From assembly GCA_963847705.1 (NCBI GenBank), contig CAWKBC010000029.1, forward strand, positions 32,001 through 96,000: a DNA stretch of 64,000 bases. The letters run 5' to 3'. The notes beneath the pieces were generated by a model. The model did not search any database. It had not been told where the DNA came from and saw only the letters and a list, made by a program, of their open reading frames with translations. The position numbers and the translations under genes are program-made. The stretch is from an uncultured Pseudomonadota bacterium (GTDB lineage Bacteria > Myxococcota_A > Polyangia > Fen-1088). Of this stretch, positions 48,837-58,264 are shown one piece after another. Position 1 is the first letter of the stretch, and the number at the start of each line of letters is the position of its first letter.

Positions 48837-49230
48837 TTGCGCTCTACCCTTCTGCCGGCGGCACGGCGAGACAATCGAACCATCGGCCCGAACCAGGCCA
48901 CACCATTGGGAGAGGACAATCCCGAGTCCCACAGCTGGGTGGTTGAAGTTAAATGGGCGAGCGACTTCGAAACCTTTCATTTCGTGTAACGAAATCTTGA
49001 AGATAAAAAGTGATCTGCCGCACCCGCTGCGCAATTGCGTCCTCGCATTCGGTATCAACCGGTGGCCCAGAGAACAATTTCGCATTTCCACTTAGAATTG
49101 TTACCGAGACAAAAATCACGCCAAGGACCACCCGGCGCGCCGATCGCCGCCGTCACGTAACAGGGCCTCGCGTACCTTCGCTTGCCAACAAGACCGGCTC
49201 GGGGCTGTTCCCCGTTTTGCGAGCCCGTAT

Positions 49231-49257
49231 TTGAAACCCTGTCTGTGAACCCCATCT
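49231..49257 (+). promoter_or_regulatory. Sigma32 (RpoH)-type promoter
   Basis: TTGAAA-N13-CCCCATCT, matching the RpoH consensus, 25-43 nt before the next start. Confidence 0.6.
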
Positions 49258-49281
49258 TCGCCACGAAGGGGCGGTGGGGCG

Positions 49282-50649
49282 ATGAGACAGGACGGGGCGA
49301 TGCGATCGGTGTCGATGGTGGCGGTGGCGTGGGTGGCCCTCTTCGTGTCCGTCGCGGGTTGTTCCGGCGGCTCACCCGGCAATTCATCGGGCAATCCGCC
49401 GGGATCAACCGGCGGTCTCGGGGGAATCGCCGGTCCGGGCGCCAGCGGTGGTCAATCCGGCGCGCCCGCGGACGCAGGGTCCGGCCCGGCCACGGGCGGC
49501 GTGGGTGGCACAGGCACGGGTGCTTCGGCGGGCGGTCCTGGCGCGGGCGGCGCAGCGGGCGCGCCGGGCAGCGGCACCGGCGGCCAGGGGCAGACGAGCT
49601 GCCCACTCCCCGTCGGGCCGTCGGGCAGCTGGGTCGAGGTCGCAGCCCCCTCCGACCTGAGCAACTTCAAGGTGACCGACGCCTTTGCCGTCGGCACGAA
49701 CGATCTGTTGTTCGCCGGCAGCACGATGGATCCGACCAGCCCGGCGCCGTCGAGCAATGCGCAGCTGCTTCGCTGGACGAAGGGCTGCTGGACGGTCGAG
49801 CTGACCTTCCCCACGTCGACCACCTCGCCCGATTCCCCCAGCGTCCACGGCACCGGGCCGAACGACATCTGGGCCACGGCCGGCGATCTCATCTACCACC
49901 GCGACGCGGCGGGGTGGACGGCCTTCGCCGATGAAACCTGGCGTGGGATGGTGCCCCAGCCGTCCGGGTTCTTCGGGGACACCGAGCTCTACCGGGTGCG
50001 CGCCGCCGCCGCGGGCGACTTCTGGGTCGCGGCGACCAGCAACGTCTTGCACTGGAGCGGAGGGTCCTGGACGTCGTACGACCTCGACGACCCGGGGTTT
50101 CCCCAGGCCAGCCAGTCGGTCGGGTTCAGCTATGACGACATCTGGATCGATTCAACCAGCAGCGTGTGGGTCGTCGGTTTCAGCAAGATGATCGGCAACA
50201 CGATGGGCCAAGGGTTCGTGCACCACTTCGACGGCGCCACCTGGACCAACCAGGGGACCGGGTTGGAGAGCATCTATGCGATCTGGCGCGGCGGCGCCGT
50301 GCTGTGGCTGGCGCAGCCGACGATCGCGGTGAACCCCGGCGAGACCTTTCATACAGACCTGCTCGCGTTCGACGGCACCAACGCGCTGGGGGTCCACGTC
50401 GCCGGCATCGATCCAACTCAGGATCCGCCACCTCTTTCGAGCCTCTTCGGGCGCGGCGCCAGCGACGTCTGGGCCGCCGGGGCAGACGTCGCGCACTTCG
50501 ACGGTCAGGGTTGGTCGCTGGTCTCCGATGTGCCGGCCGCCGCGCGCGACGAGGCCGACGCCAAGAACACGCTGGTGACCGGCGACGACGGTTCGGTCTG
50601 GCTGGTGACGACGGGACCACACTTCTTCCGCGAGGTCACCAGCCCCTGA
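49282..50649 (+). CDS. Beta-propeller-like lipoprotein (ND/SDVW...HFDG..W repeats)
   Basis: Lipobox VAGC, Gly-rich linker, repeats GTGPNDIW, GASDVWAAG, HFDGATW. Start 49282 or 49300. Confidence 0.82.
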   Translation: MRQDGAMRSVSMVAVAWVALFVSVAGCSGGSPGNSSGNPPGSTGGLGGIAGPGASGGQSGAPADAGSGPATGGVGGTGTGASAGGPGAGGAAGAPGSGTGGQGQTSCPLPVGPSGSWVEVAAPSDLSNFKVTDAFAVGTNDLLFAGSTMDPTSPAPSSNAQLLRWTKGCWTVELTFPTSTTSPDSPSVHGTGPNDIWATAGDLIYHRDAAGWTAFADETWRGMVPQPSGFFGDTELYRVRAAAAGDFWVAATSNVLHWSGGSWTSYDLDDPGFPQASQSVGFSYDDIWIDSTSSVWVVGFSKMIGNTMGQGFVHHFDGATWTNQGTGLESIYAIWRGGAVLWLAQPTIAVNPGETFHTDLLAFDGTNALGVHVAGIDPTQDPPPLSSLFGRGASDVWAAGADVAHFDGQGWSLVSDVPAAARDEADAKNTLVTGDDGSVWLVTTGPHFFREVTSP

Positions 50650-50798
50650 CGGTTGACGGTCCGTTCTTCGAACGGCTCCAGTCTCCGCGACCGTCACGCG
50701 TCAGGGCAGCCACCCACGGCCTCCAGATCAAACGGCGCGTACGCGACCTTCAGAGACCTGAGAGCCCAGCGACGCCGCTCGGCACCAGACCCTGAAGT

Positions 50799-52079
50799 TC
50801 AGGAATCGTTTCGGCGGCCCAGCACCTGTTTCGCCGCCCGGTGGCCGCTGGCGATGCCGCCGTGGACGGTCCCGTTCTGGCCGTCGGATTCGGTCGCCTC
50901 GCCCGCGAAGAAGAGGGTTCCCTCGAGCGGAACCGCCAGCTCGGTCCCCGCGTCGCTGCCGCCGACGCCGGCGTAGCTGTAGGCGCCGCGGGCGAAGGGA
51001 TCCGCGAGCCAGTCGTGACTGAACCCGCCGCGCAAGTCCTGCCGCAGCTGGCCCGCGTCGGCGCCCAGGGCCGCTGCCAGGGCGGCGACCGCCGCGTCGA
51101 CCCGCGCGGCGCTGTCCCGCTGGGCCAGCGCCCGCGCGTTGCGGCCTCCGGCCCAGGCCGTGATGACCGGAAACGGCGGCGGCCGGCTGACCCACCAGAC
51201 GGGAAACGGCGGCTCGCCCGTGAGCAGGAAGCCACCCGGGGGAAAGCGCTGGGGCGCCACCCAGGCGTCGCTGGCGAAACAGAGGCTCACCCGCTCCGCG
51301 TCGCCCATCTCCAGACGGCCCATCACCTCTTCCTTGTCGGTGAGCCGCGGCGAAAACCCGATCGTCCCGGCCTTGAGCACGCCGAGGGGGACCGTCACGA
51401 TGAGCTGCGGCGCGGTGAGCTCCTCGCCCGCGGAGGTCCGGACGACGACGCGCCGGCGTCCCCAGCTGACGGTGCTGACCACGCTCTCGAGCCGCACCTC
51501 GCAGAGCCCGTGGTCGATGCGCTCGAAGATGGCCGCGACCAGGCCGTCGTACCCGTTGGCGAACCGGAACTGGCGATTGGCCCCCGGACGCTCGTCGGCG
51601 GCCGTGTTCTTGAGCAACGAGAGGACGCTCATGCGGTCCGGATCGGCCGCGTGGTATCCCTCGACCAGCCCCAGGCACTGCGCCTTGAGCTCGGGCGCCA
51701 CGTCCACCCGATCCACGAGATGCCGGAACGATTCGTCGGGTCCGTCCGCGGAGGCATGGGCGAGCACCACGTCCATCGCCGAGAAGAAGTCGGCCGGCTC
51801 ATCCCGACTCGCATCTTCGCGCGGCCCGCCGCGGTCGGTCTCGCGCAGCGGCAAGGCTGCCTCGCGCGCCACGCTCAGGGTCTCCTCGACGGCGCCGTGC
51901 ACGAACTCGGCCCCCAGCTCGACGGGCCCGTCGGGCGTGTGGTGGGTCAGGACCCGGCCGCCCAGCCGGTCGCGCGCCTCGAGCACCAGCACGCGCACGC
52001 CCGCCGCGGTGAGATCGCGCGCCGCGGTCAGCCCCGCGACCCCGGCGCCGATGATGAGGACCTCCGGCGGCGCGCTCAT
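50799..52079 (-). CDS. Flavin monoamine oxidase family protein
   Basis: IIGAGVAGL, LEARDRLGGR, ELGAEFVHG, DPFARGAYSY, FFAGEAT...TVHGGIASG. Confidence 0.93.
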   Translation of the reverse strand: MSAPPEVLIIGAGVAGLTAARDLTAAGVRVLVLEARDRLGGRVLTHHTPDGPVELGAEFVHGAVEETLSVAREAALPLRETDRGGPREDASRDEPADFFSAMDVVLAHASADGPDESFRHLVDRVDVAPELKAQCLGLVEGYHAADPDRMSVLSLLKNTAADERPGANRQFRFANGYDGLVAAIFERIDHGLCEVRLESVVSTVSWGRRRVVVRTSAGEELTAPQLIVTVPLGVLKAGTIGFSPRLTDKEEVMGRLEMGDAERVSLCFASDAWVAPQRFPPGGFLLTGEPPFPVWWVSRPPPFPVITAWAGGRNARALAQRDSAARVDAAVAALAAALGADAGQLRQDLRGGFSHDWLADPFARGAYSYAGVGGSDAGTELAVPLEGTLFFAGEATESDGQNGTVHGGIASGHRAAKQVLGRRNDS

Positions 52080-52108
52080 GGCGTATCCTGGCGACCGGAA
52101 ACTGCGCT

Positions 52109-52774
52109 ATGGCCGAGCCTGTGAAGCTGGAGCAACTGGCATCCTCCGAGGGAGAGACCTTTCGCCAACTCTACGCCATCTACGCGGCGTCGATCGCGGC
52201 TCGCGAGCAGAAACGCGAGAGCTGGATCGCCGACATGATCGACGCTGCCGACTATCGCGTCTGGGTGGCGAAGGCCGGCGGCCTGGTGCGCGGTTTCAGC
52301 ATCCTGTTCGTGCCGACGGCCGGGGGGTTTGCGCTGCTCGAATACATGGCGGTCGCCCCCGACCAGCGCAATCACGGCCTCGGCGCCGAGCTGTTCCGGC
52401 AGACGATGAAGCAGGCCGTGACCCCCGAGGCACGCCCGCTCCCCGTGGTTCTGGAGGTCGACTCGGACCGGGAAGACGCCAGCGACCGCGCGCTCCGGAC
52501 GCGCCGGGAGCGCTTCTACCGGCGCCTCGGCTGCCTCCGGCTCGGGGGGCTGCGCTACCTCATGCCGCTGCCCGGCGAGGGCTCGCCGCCCGAGATGGAC
52601 CTTCTCGTCTACCCGGGAGAACCGGCGGGCGGTCTGGCGCGCAGTGGGGTCCCGCGAAGCGAGATCCAACGCTGGCTCGAGACCATCTATCGCGAGGTGT
52701 ATCACTGCCCGCCGGACGATCCGCGCCTCACGCAGATGCTGTCCGGCCTGCCCGATCCCGTACCGCTCGACTGA
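52109..52774 (+). CDS. GNAT family N-acetyltransferase
   Basis: LEYMAVAPDQRNHGLG; RRERFYRRLG. Confidence 0.88.
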   Translation: MAEPVKLEQLASSEGETFRQLYAIYAASIAAREQKRESWIADMIDAADYRVWVAKAGGLVRGFSILFVPTAGGFALLEYMAVAPDQRNHGLGAELFRQTMKQAVTPEARPLPVVLEVDSDREDASDRALRTRRERFYRRLGCLRLGGLRYLMPLPGEGSPPEMDLLVYPGEPAGGLARSGVPRSEIQRWLETIYREVYHCPPDDPRLTQMLSGLPDPVPLD

Positions 52775-52793
52775 ACGAACAAGGAGAACCGAC

Positions 52794-53324
52794 ATGGAAA
52801 GTGGGGCCGCCGTCATGATGACCTGGAGCAAGGCCGGCGTGATCGCCGAGGCCCTGGGCTCGATCGGGATCGTCTGCACCCTGTTCTACTCGGTGTGGAG
52901 CTTCAAGACGACCCTGCGAGACGCCTACTACGCCGAGATCGACCGCGTGTACTTCGAGCTGCTGAAGATCGGGCTGGAGCGGCCGGAGCTGCTCACCTAT
53001 CCCGCGTCGCCCACCTCGCCCGCCTCGCCCGATCCGGTTAAGGCCAACCAGTACGGCGCCTACGCCTTCATGGTCTGGAACTTCGTCGAGACCATCTTCG
53101 ACCGTTGCCAGGGCTGGTCGAAGCGCCGTCTGCGCGAGACCTGGTATCCGATCATCGCCTCCGAGAACGCCCTGCACCGCGCCTGGTTCGAGCAGCCCGA
53201 CAATCGCCGCAGATTCAAACGGCGCTTCGTCCGGTTCATCGAGAAGCAGTACCCACTGGCGGGCGCGGGGCGGACGGCAGCGGTGGACGGGGAGTGGCGG
53301 GCCTCGCCGACGTCCGCGGGTTGA
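52794..53324 (+). CDS. Hypothetical single-TM helical protein
   Basis: SD AAGGAG; N-terminal TM followed by a helical domain. Confidence 0.75.
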   Translation: MESGAAVMMTWSKAGVIAEALGSIGIVCTLFYSVWSFKTTLRDAYYAEIDRVYFELLKIGLERPELLTYPASPTSPASPDPVKANQYGAYAFMVWNFVETIFDRCQGWSKRRLRETWYPIIASENALHRAWFEQPDNRRRFKRRFVRFIEKQYPLAGAGRTAAVDGEWRASPTSAG

Positions 53325-53348
53325 CGCGCGGATCGCAGGGCGAGGCGG

Positions 53349-54446
53349 TCATCCCTGCAGGGCCGCCGTCTCCAGCCACCAGGGATGCTGGGCGGTGCCG
53401 TCGAACGCCTGGGAGGTCTTGTACTTCTCCCACTCGCCGGCGGAGGCCACCGGCGCGGTGCGCGCCAAGAGCGCCTGAAGCTCGGTCCCGCCGAGCGGCT
53501 TCCACCGATAGGCGGCGTCGATCCCCTGCATCAGGATCCCCAGCGTGTCGCAGCCGGTGATCACCACCGACGTCGGCTGGCTCATGGCGAAGTGCAGGCA
53601 CTGCACCGGCGTCACGCTCCCGTCGATGAAGGGCCGGCTCTTGAGGAACAGCCCCGACCCCAGCGGCTTCATGCCCAGGATTCCCATGTCGCGCTTCTTC
53701 GCCTCGGGGATCACGCGGGTGGTGAAGCTGTCGTAGTGCGCGTCCATCACGTTGACCGGCATCTGCACGGTGTCGAAGGTGAAGTGGTGGGCGTCGGCGG
53801 CGGCCAGCATCTTGAGGTGAATCTCCGGGCTCTTGTGTCCGGTGAAGCCGATGAAGCGGATCTTGCCGGCCTTCTGCGCCGCCAGCAGCGCCGCCAGCGC
53901 GCCGTCGGGGCCGAACACCCGCTCGGGATCGGTCGGCCGGATCACTTCGTGGATCTGCATCAGGTCGATCACGTCGGTGCCGAACGCCTTCAGGCACTGA
54001 TCGATCTGCGCGGCGGCGGCCGCCTGCGTGCGGCCGTCGATCTTGGTCATCAGGAAGGCGCGCTGGCGGTAACCGTCGCGCAGCGCGCGCCCCATCCAGA
54101 GCTGGCTGGCGCCGTCGTTGTAGTCCCAGCAGTTGTCCATGAACGTGACGCCGTGATCGATGGCGGTGCGGACGATGCGGGTGGCGGTCGCCTCGTCACG
54201 AAGGCCGAGGTGAAAACCGCCCAGCCCCAGCAACGACACCTCGACGCCGGTGCGCCCCAGCCGGCGCATCGGCATCTTGCCGCCCGCCGGCAGCTTGATG
54301 TCCTCGGGGCGGGGTGCGCCCGGTTGCGGCGTCTTGGGGACCTCGGCGGCTTGGCCCTGGCCGGCGCCGCCGACACCGACGGCCGCGCCGGCCGCCAGCC
54401 CGGCCCCCATCGCGATGAAGTCTCTCCGTCGGGTCTCTCGCGCCAT
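53349..54446 (-). CDS. Aldo/keto reductase with Tat signal
   Basis: TRRRDFI; LGLGGFH, DNCWDY, MTKIDGR, DLMQIH, RFIGFTGHK. Confidence 0.93.
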   Translation of the reverse strand: MARETRRRDFIAMGAGLAAGAAVGVGGAGQGQAAEVPKTPQPGAPRPEDIKLPAGGKMPMRRLGRTGVEVSLLGLGGFHLGLRDEATATRIVRTAIDHGVTFMDNCWDYNDGASQLWMGRALRDGYRQRAFLMTKIDGRTQAAAAAQIDQCLKAFGTDVIDLMQIHEVIRPTDPERVFGPDGALAALLAAQKAGKIRFIGFTGHKSPEIHLKMLAAADAHHFTFDTVQMPVNVMDAHYDSFTTRVIPEAKKRDMGILGMKPLGSGLFLKSRPFIDGSVTPVQCLHFAMSQPTSVVITGCDTLGILMQGIDAAYRWKPLGGTELQALLARTAPVASAGEWEKYKTSQAFDGTAQHPWWLETAALQG

Positions 54447-54723
54447 GGAGCTCTCCTTTGCGGCCAGGCGAAACCGCCTGCGCGAAAGCTCGGGCCGCCA
54501 ACCCGCCTCGTCAAGGCCCTGGGGGCGCCTTCATGACCCGAGCTCCGCCAGGCGCGCCAAAATGACCTCCCGGACCGACGAGGCATGGAACCGCCGAGCG
54601 GTCGATCGGCTTCGGCAACGAGATCCCGCTGCGACAAAAGTGAGGCGGCGTCGGCGGGTCCCAGACCGAGGGCCGCCGCATCTGTTATGGTGCGGCTTTG
54701 CTTCATCAGGGGATGGCTGACGG

Positions 54724-56149
54724 ATGGATTCTTCGTTGCGATCGATCGCGGTAGGTCTGGGTTTGGCTTCGGTGGCGCTGCTGGCCAGCTGCGGCAGCTC
54801 CGTGAGGCCCGCTCCCGGCACGGGGTGCTCGTTGAACAGCCAGTGCGCCACGGGCCTGGTCTGCACCTTCGGTCTCTGTCATGCGGCGTGCGCGGTCAGC
54901 TCCGACTGCCCGCTGGGCGAGCTCTGCGTGAAGTCGGGGTCGGTCGCAGACGGCGGCGTCGCCTCGCTCAACGTCTGTCAGCTCCCCGTGGAGAGCAAGT
55001 GCGTCTACAACAGCCAGTGCTCGCCGCTCGTCTGCGCGCGCGACGAGATGTGCCGCAATGAGTGCGTGACCAGCGCCGATTGCGTCTCCCCGCAGGTCTG
55101 CACCGACTCGAAAGTCTGCGCGCTCTCGTCCCAGCTGAGCCCCGGCACCAACGACGTTCCGGTCGTCACCAGTCCCCTCGACGGAGGCGCCACCGGGGGC
55201 GCGGGTGGAGCTGCGGGCGGCGGAGCCGCCGGAAGGGCGGGCAGCGCGGGAGCGGCAGGCAAAGGCGGCGGAGCCGGTCAGGGGGGAGTGGGGATGGACG
55301 GCGGGACGGTGATCGGCGATCCCTGCGGCGCGCCCGCTGACGGCGGGTATTACGGCCCCGAAGCGGTGCCCAACAACGACCGCGACCACGCCACGGTGCT
55401 CTCCATCGGGGTCGGATATGCCGCTTGTATCCAGACCCCCACCGACGTCGACTGGTACACGGTCACGGTCCCGTCCACGGGTCAGGGAGGCTACCTCACG
55501 ATCGGGTTGACCGCGGTCGCGCAGACGGCGTCGCTCAGGACCGATCTCTACTCGGCCTCGACCAACGGGCTCATCCACACCAACGACGGCTCCAACGCAG
55601 GAGCGAGCGTCTACACCTGGCTCGCCGCCGCCGCGGGCGCGCCGTTCAACATCGCGGTCTCGGGGGTCAACGCCGACAGCCGCGCGGTCGGCGCCTACAC
55701 CTTCACCGCCAGCTTCCAGCCCGCGGTCGAGGCCAACGAGCCCAACAACGATCGCGCGCACGCGACGCCGCTGGCCCTGGGGACGCCCATCCAGGGCCTC
55801 TTCTTTCGAGGGTACGTCGACGACACGACGATCACGGATTCCCTCCGACTACTACAAGATCACGCTGCCCGCGGCGGGGACGCTGTCGGCGACCGTCACC
55901 GACATCAGCGCCAGCCTTCGGGGCGAGGTGGCGCTCTACGACTCCGCGGGCGGGTCGCTCGCCACCGCCGATTCGGCCAACGAAACGCCCGGCGCCGACG
56001 CGCAGGTCATGTACAGCGCGTCCACAGCCGGTACCTATTACGTTCTGGTGACGGAGCCGCACCTCGGTGACGTTCCGCTGGTCGGCGAGGGGCGAACCCT
56101 GCCCGACATCGCGACCCAGCCCTACACGCTCACGGTCACCTCACCGTAG
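54724..56149 (+). CDS. Cys-rich lipoprotein with two PPC-like domains, +1 frameshift near 55841
   Basis: Lipobox LASC; N-domain paralogous to 14310; (E)PNNDRxHAT...DxDWY units. Removing one C restores DSSDYYKIT...YTLTVTSP*. Confidence 0.85.
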
Positions 56150-56155
56150 ACAAGC

Positions 56156-58129
56156 TCAGAGCGAGTCGAGGTAAGCGATCAGGTCGGAGAGCTGATCCGG
56201 CGTGAGCGTCGACGTGACGCCGTGCAGATCGCCCCCGCCGCAGGAGCCGAAGCGGTCGGCCAGCGTGGCGGCGCAGCCGTCATGGAGGTACGGAGCGGTG
56301 TAGGCCAGCCCGACCAGCGACGGGACCTTGAACGCCCCACCGGTCCCGACGTCCACGCCGGTCCTGTCGTTCGTCAACTGGGCCCCGTTGTGGCAGAGCG
56401 CGCAGCCGTGCGTGCCGTCGGTGAACACGGCCTGGCCCCGCGCCACGGCGTCAGGGTCGCTGACCACCCCCGGCAGGGGCGGGATGGCGTTCATCCACGA
56501 CTGGGTGGCCGTGACCTGGTCCGTGGCCAGACCGGGTCCGCCCATGCGCTGGTTGTAGACGGTGGTCACCAGATCGCCGAACGACGCGAGATCGCCGTCC
56601 CAGTGGTAGGGCGCGCGTCCGCTGATGCCGCCGGCGACGGTCATCGTGCGGCGTGGCCCTTCGGTGTCGAAGTTCCAGGTCCGTCCGTCCTCTTGCCCCT
56701 CCATGTGGCAGGAGGCGCAGGCGATCCCGTTGCCGGTGTTGGCGTGGAAGATCTCGTGACCCACGTCGGCGCGGCTGACGTCGGAGAGCGAGATGGTCAC
56801 GCCCGCCGCCGGGATCTGGATGGTGGCCGGCTGGCGCGTCTGAATGATGATCCGGTTCGCACCGTCGAACCCGACCGCTTCGGCTTCACCGCTCGGCTGG
56901 GGACACGTCGCCGGGGACGCGGTCTGGGGCGGGCAATTGACGAGGTCGACCATCGCGCCGATGGGGGACGGCCCGTGGACGCCGTCGGGACAGCAGGTGA
57001 GATGGCCATGATCGGTGAGGTCCGCGTAGTTGGAGACGAACAACGACTCGACGAACACGTTGTGGGCGTTGCCCGCCGCCACCACCGCCACCGTGCTGCC
57101 GTCGCTGGAGATCGCGAAGTCGACCGGGAGCACCATCCCCGGGATGGGCGGCGTGAGCGGAGCCGACATCCCCGGCGCGATCGGGGTGAGCGCAGGATGA
57201 ACCAGGCCGGCGCAGGGATCGCTCGAGCCGTAGCCACTGGCGGTCCCGATGGCCCCCCCAACCCCAGGGTTCCCTTGTCTGCCCACTGTCACCGTGCCGG
57301 TGGTGCCGCGCTGGTGCAAGAGGACCGCGCCGCCGCCCGGTTGAGCGCGCATCCGCCAGGCCGCCGAGGGGGTGAACGGATCGCCAAGCCGTGCCGACGA
57401 ATCGACGTAGGTGGGGAGCACGATCGTCGAGGTGACCGCGCCGGTGCCGTCAACGACCAGCACCTGGGCGGACCGGAACTGGCTCACGAGCAGCGTGTCG
57501 CCGTCCACCACCACGTCCCGCAGATCGCGCGGCAGCTGCAGCGTGCGCGTGGCGTCCCCGCCCGCCGCCGGGAACGAGACCAGCTCGCCCCCCATGCAGG
57601 CCACGTGCACCAGATCGGTCGCTGGATCGTAGGCCACCCCGCGCGGGATCGGACAGGCTGTTCGGCGTGCCAGGATCGTCCCCGCGAGCGGATCGATCGT
57701 GACGAGCGCGCCACCACGGCGGAGGATGACGTGGACGTGCCCCGCCGCGTCGGCGACCAATCGGCCCGGCTCGTCGTGCGGCTGGAGCGCGATGGTGGCC
57801 GTCAACACGTTGGTCGTGAGGTTGGCCACGGCAATCGTGTCGCGGTCGGGATCGGAGGCCACCGCCGTGACGCCGTCCGCCAAGATCGCCAGGGTCCCTC
57901 CGCTGATGGCCGGCGGCGGATCGGCGGCAGAAAGAGAGGTGTCGAAGTTCGGGGGGTTGAGCGACACGTTCCCCGGGAAGAGCCCCCCGTCGGGCCCGTT
58001 CGACGTGTTCGGGATCCCCTCTCCAGGATTCGAGCCAGCACAGGCGCCGGACGCGGCGGCGAGGCCGAGGACCAGCGCCGTGAGCAGGCGGCGAACCTCA
58101 CGGGGCGAAGCGAAAGGCGTGGTGGCCAT
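56156..58129 (-). CDS. Lipoprotein with beta-propeller and di-heme cytochrome c (peroxidase-like) domain
   Basis: Lipobox SGAC; CASCH and CALCH; APYHWDG, VPSLVGLAYTAPYLHDG; SD AAGGAG. Confidence 0.9.
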   Translation of the reverse strand: MATTPFASPREVRRLLTALVLGLAAASGACAGSNPGEGIPNTSNGPDGGLFPGNVSLNPPNFDTSLSAADPPPAISGGTLAILADGVTAVASDPDRDTIAVANLTTNVLTATIALQPHDEPGRLVADAAGHVHVILRRGGALVTIDPLAGTILARRTACPIPRGVAYDPATDLVHVACMGGELVSFPAAGGDATRTLQLPRDLRDVVVDGDTLLVSQFRSAQVLVVDGTGAVTSTIVLPTYVDSSARLGDPFTPSAAWRMRAQPGGGAVLLHQRGTTGTVTVGRQGNPGVGGAIGTASGYGSSDPCAGLVHPALTPIAPGMSAPLTPPIPGMVLPVDFAISSDGSTVAVVAAGNAHNVFVESLFVSNYADLTDHGHLTCCPDGVHGPSPIGAMVDLVNCPPQTASPATCPQPSGEAEAVGFDGANRIIIQTRQPATIQIPAAGVTISLSDVSRADVGHEIFHANTGNGIACASCHMEGQEDGRTWNFDTEGPRRTMTVAGGISGRAPYHWDGDLASFGDLVTTVYNQRMGGPGLATDQVTATQSWMNAIPPLPGVVSDPDAVARGQAVFTDGTHGCALCHNGAQLTNDRTGVDVGTGGAFKVPSLVGLAYTAPYLHDGCAATLADRFGSCGGGDLHGVTSTLTPDQLSDLIAYLDSL

Positions 58130-58166
58130 GGGGAGCTCCTTATCTGGGGATGGACCGTCAGCCCTC

Positions 58167-58195
58167 CTAGTGTCGCCGGCGCGGAAAATCCGTTC
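58167..58195 (-). promoter_or_regulatory. Putative ECF promoter of the 35.4-kb type
   Basis: GAACGGATT-N12-GACACTAG, same spacing as the two TGACGGATG copies. Confidence 0.5.
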
Positions 58196-58264
58196 GGGTT
58201 TTTCGAGCAATTTGGGCCAACCGCCGCCCACCATCCTCGATGCGGCCCGCGCGGGAGCCCATCT

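Noticed and set aside
48840-49230. Riboswitch or ncRNA in the AT-rich gap
   Set aside because: I could not match any known consensus by eye; a covariance-model (Rfam) search is needed.
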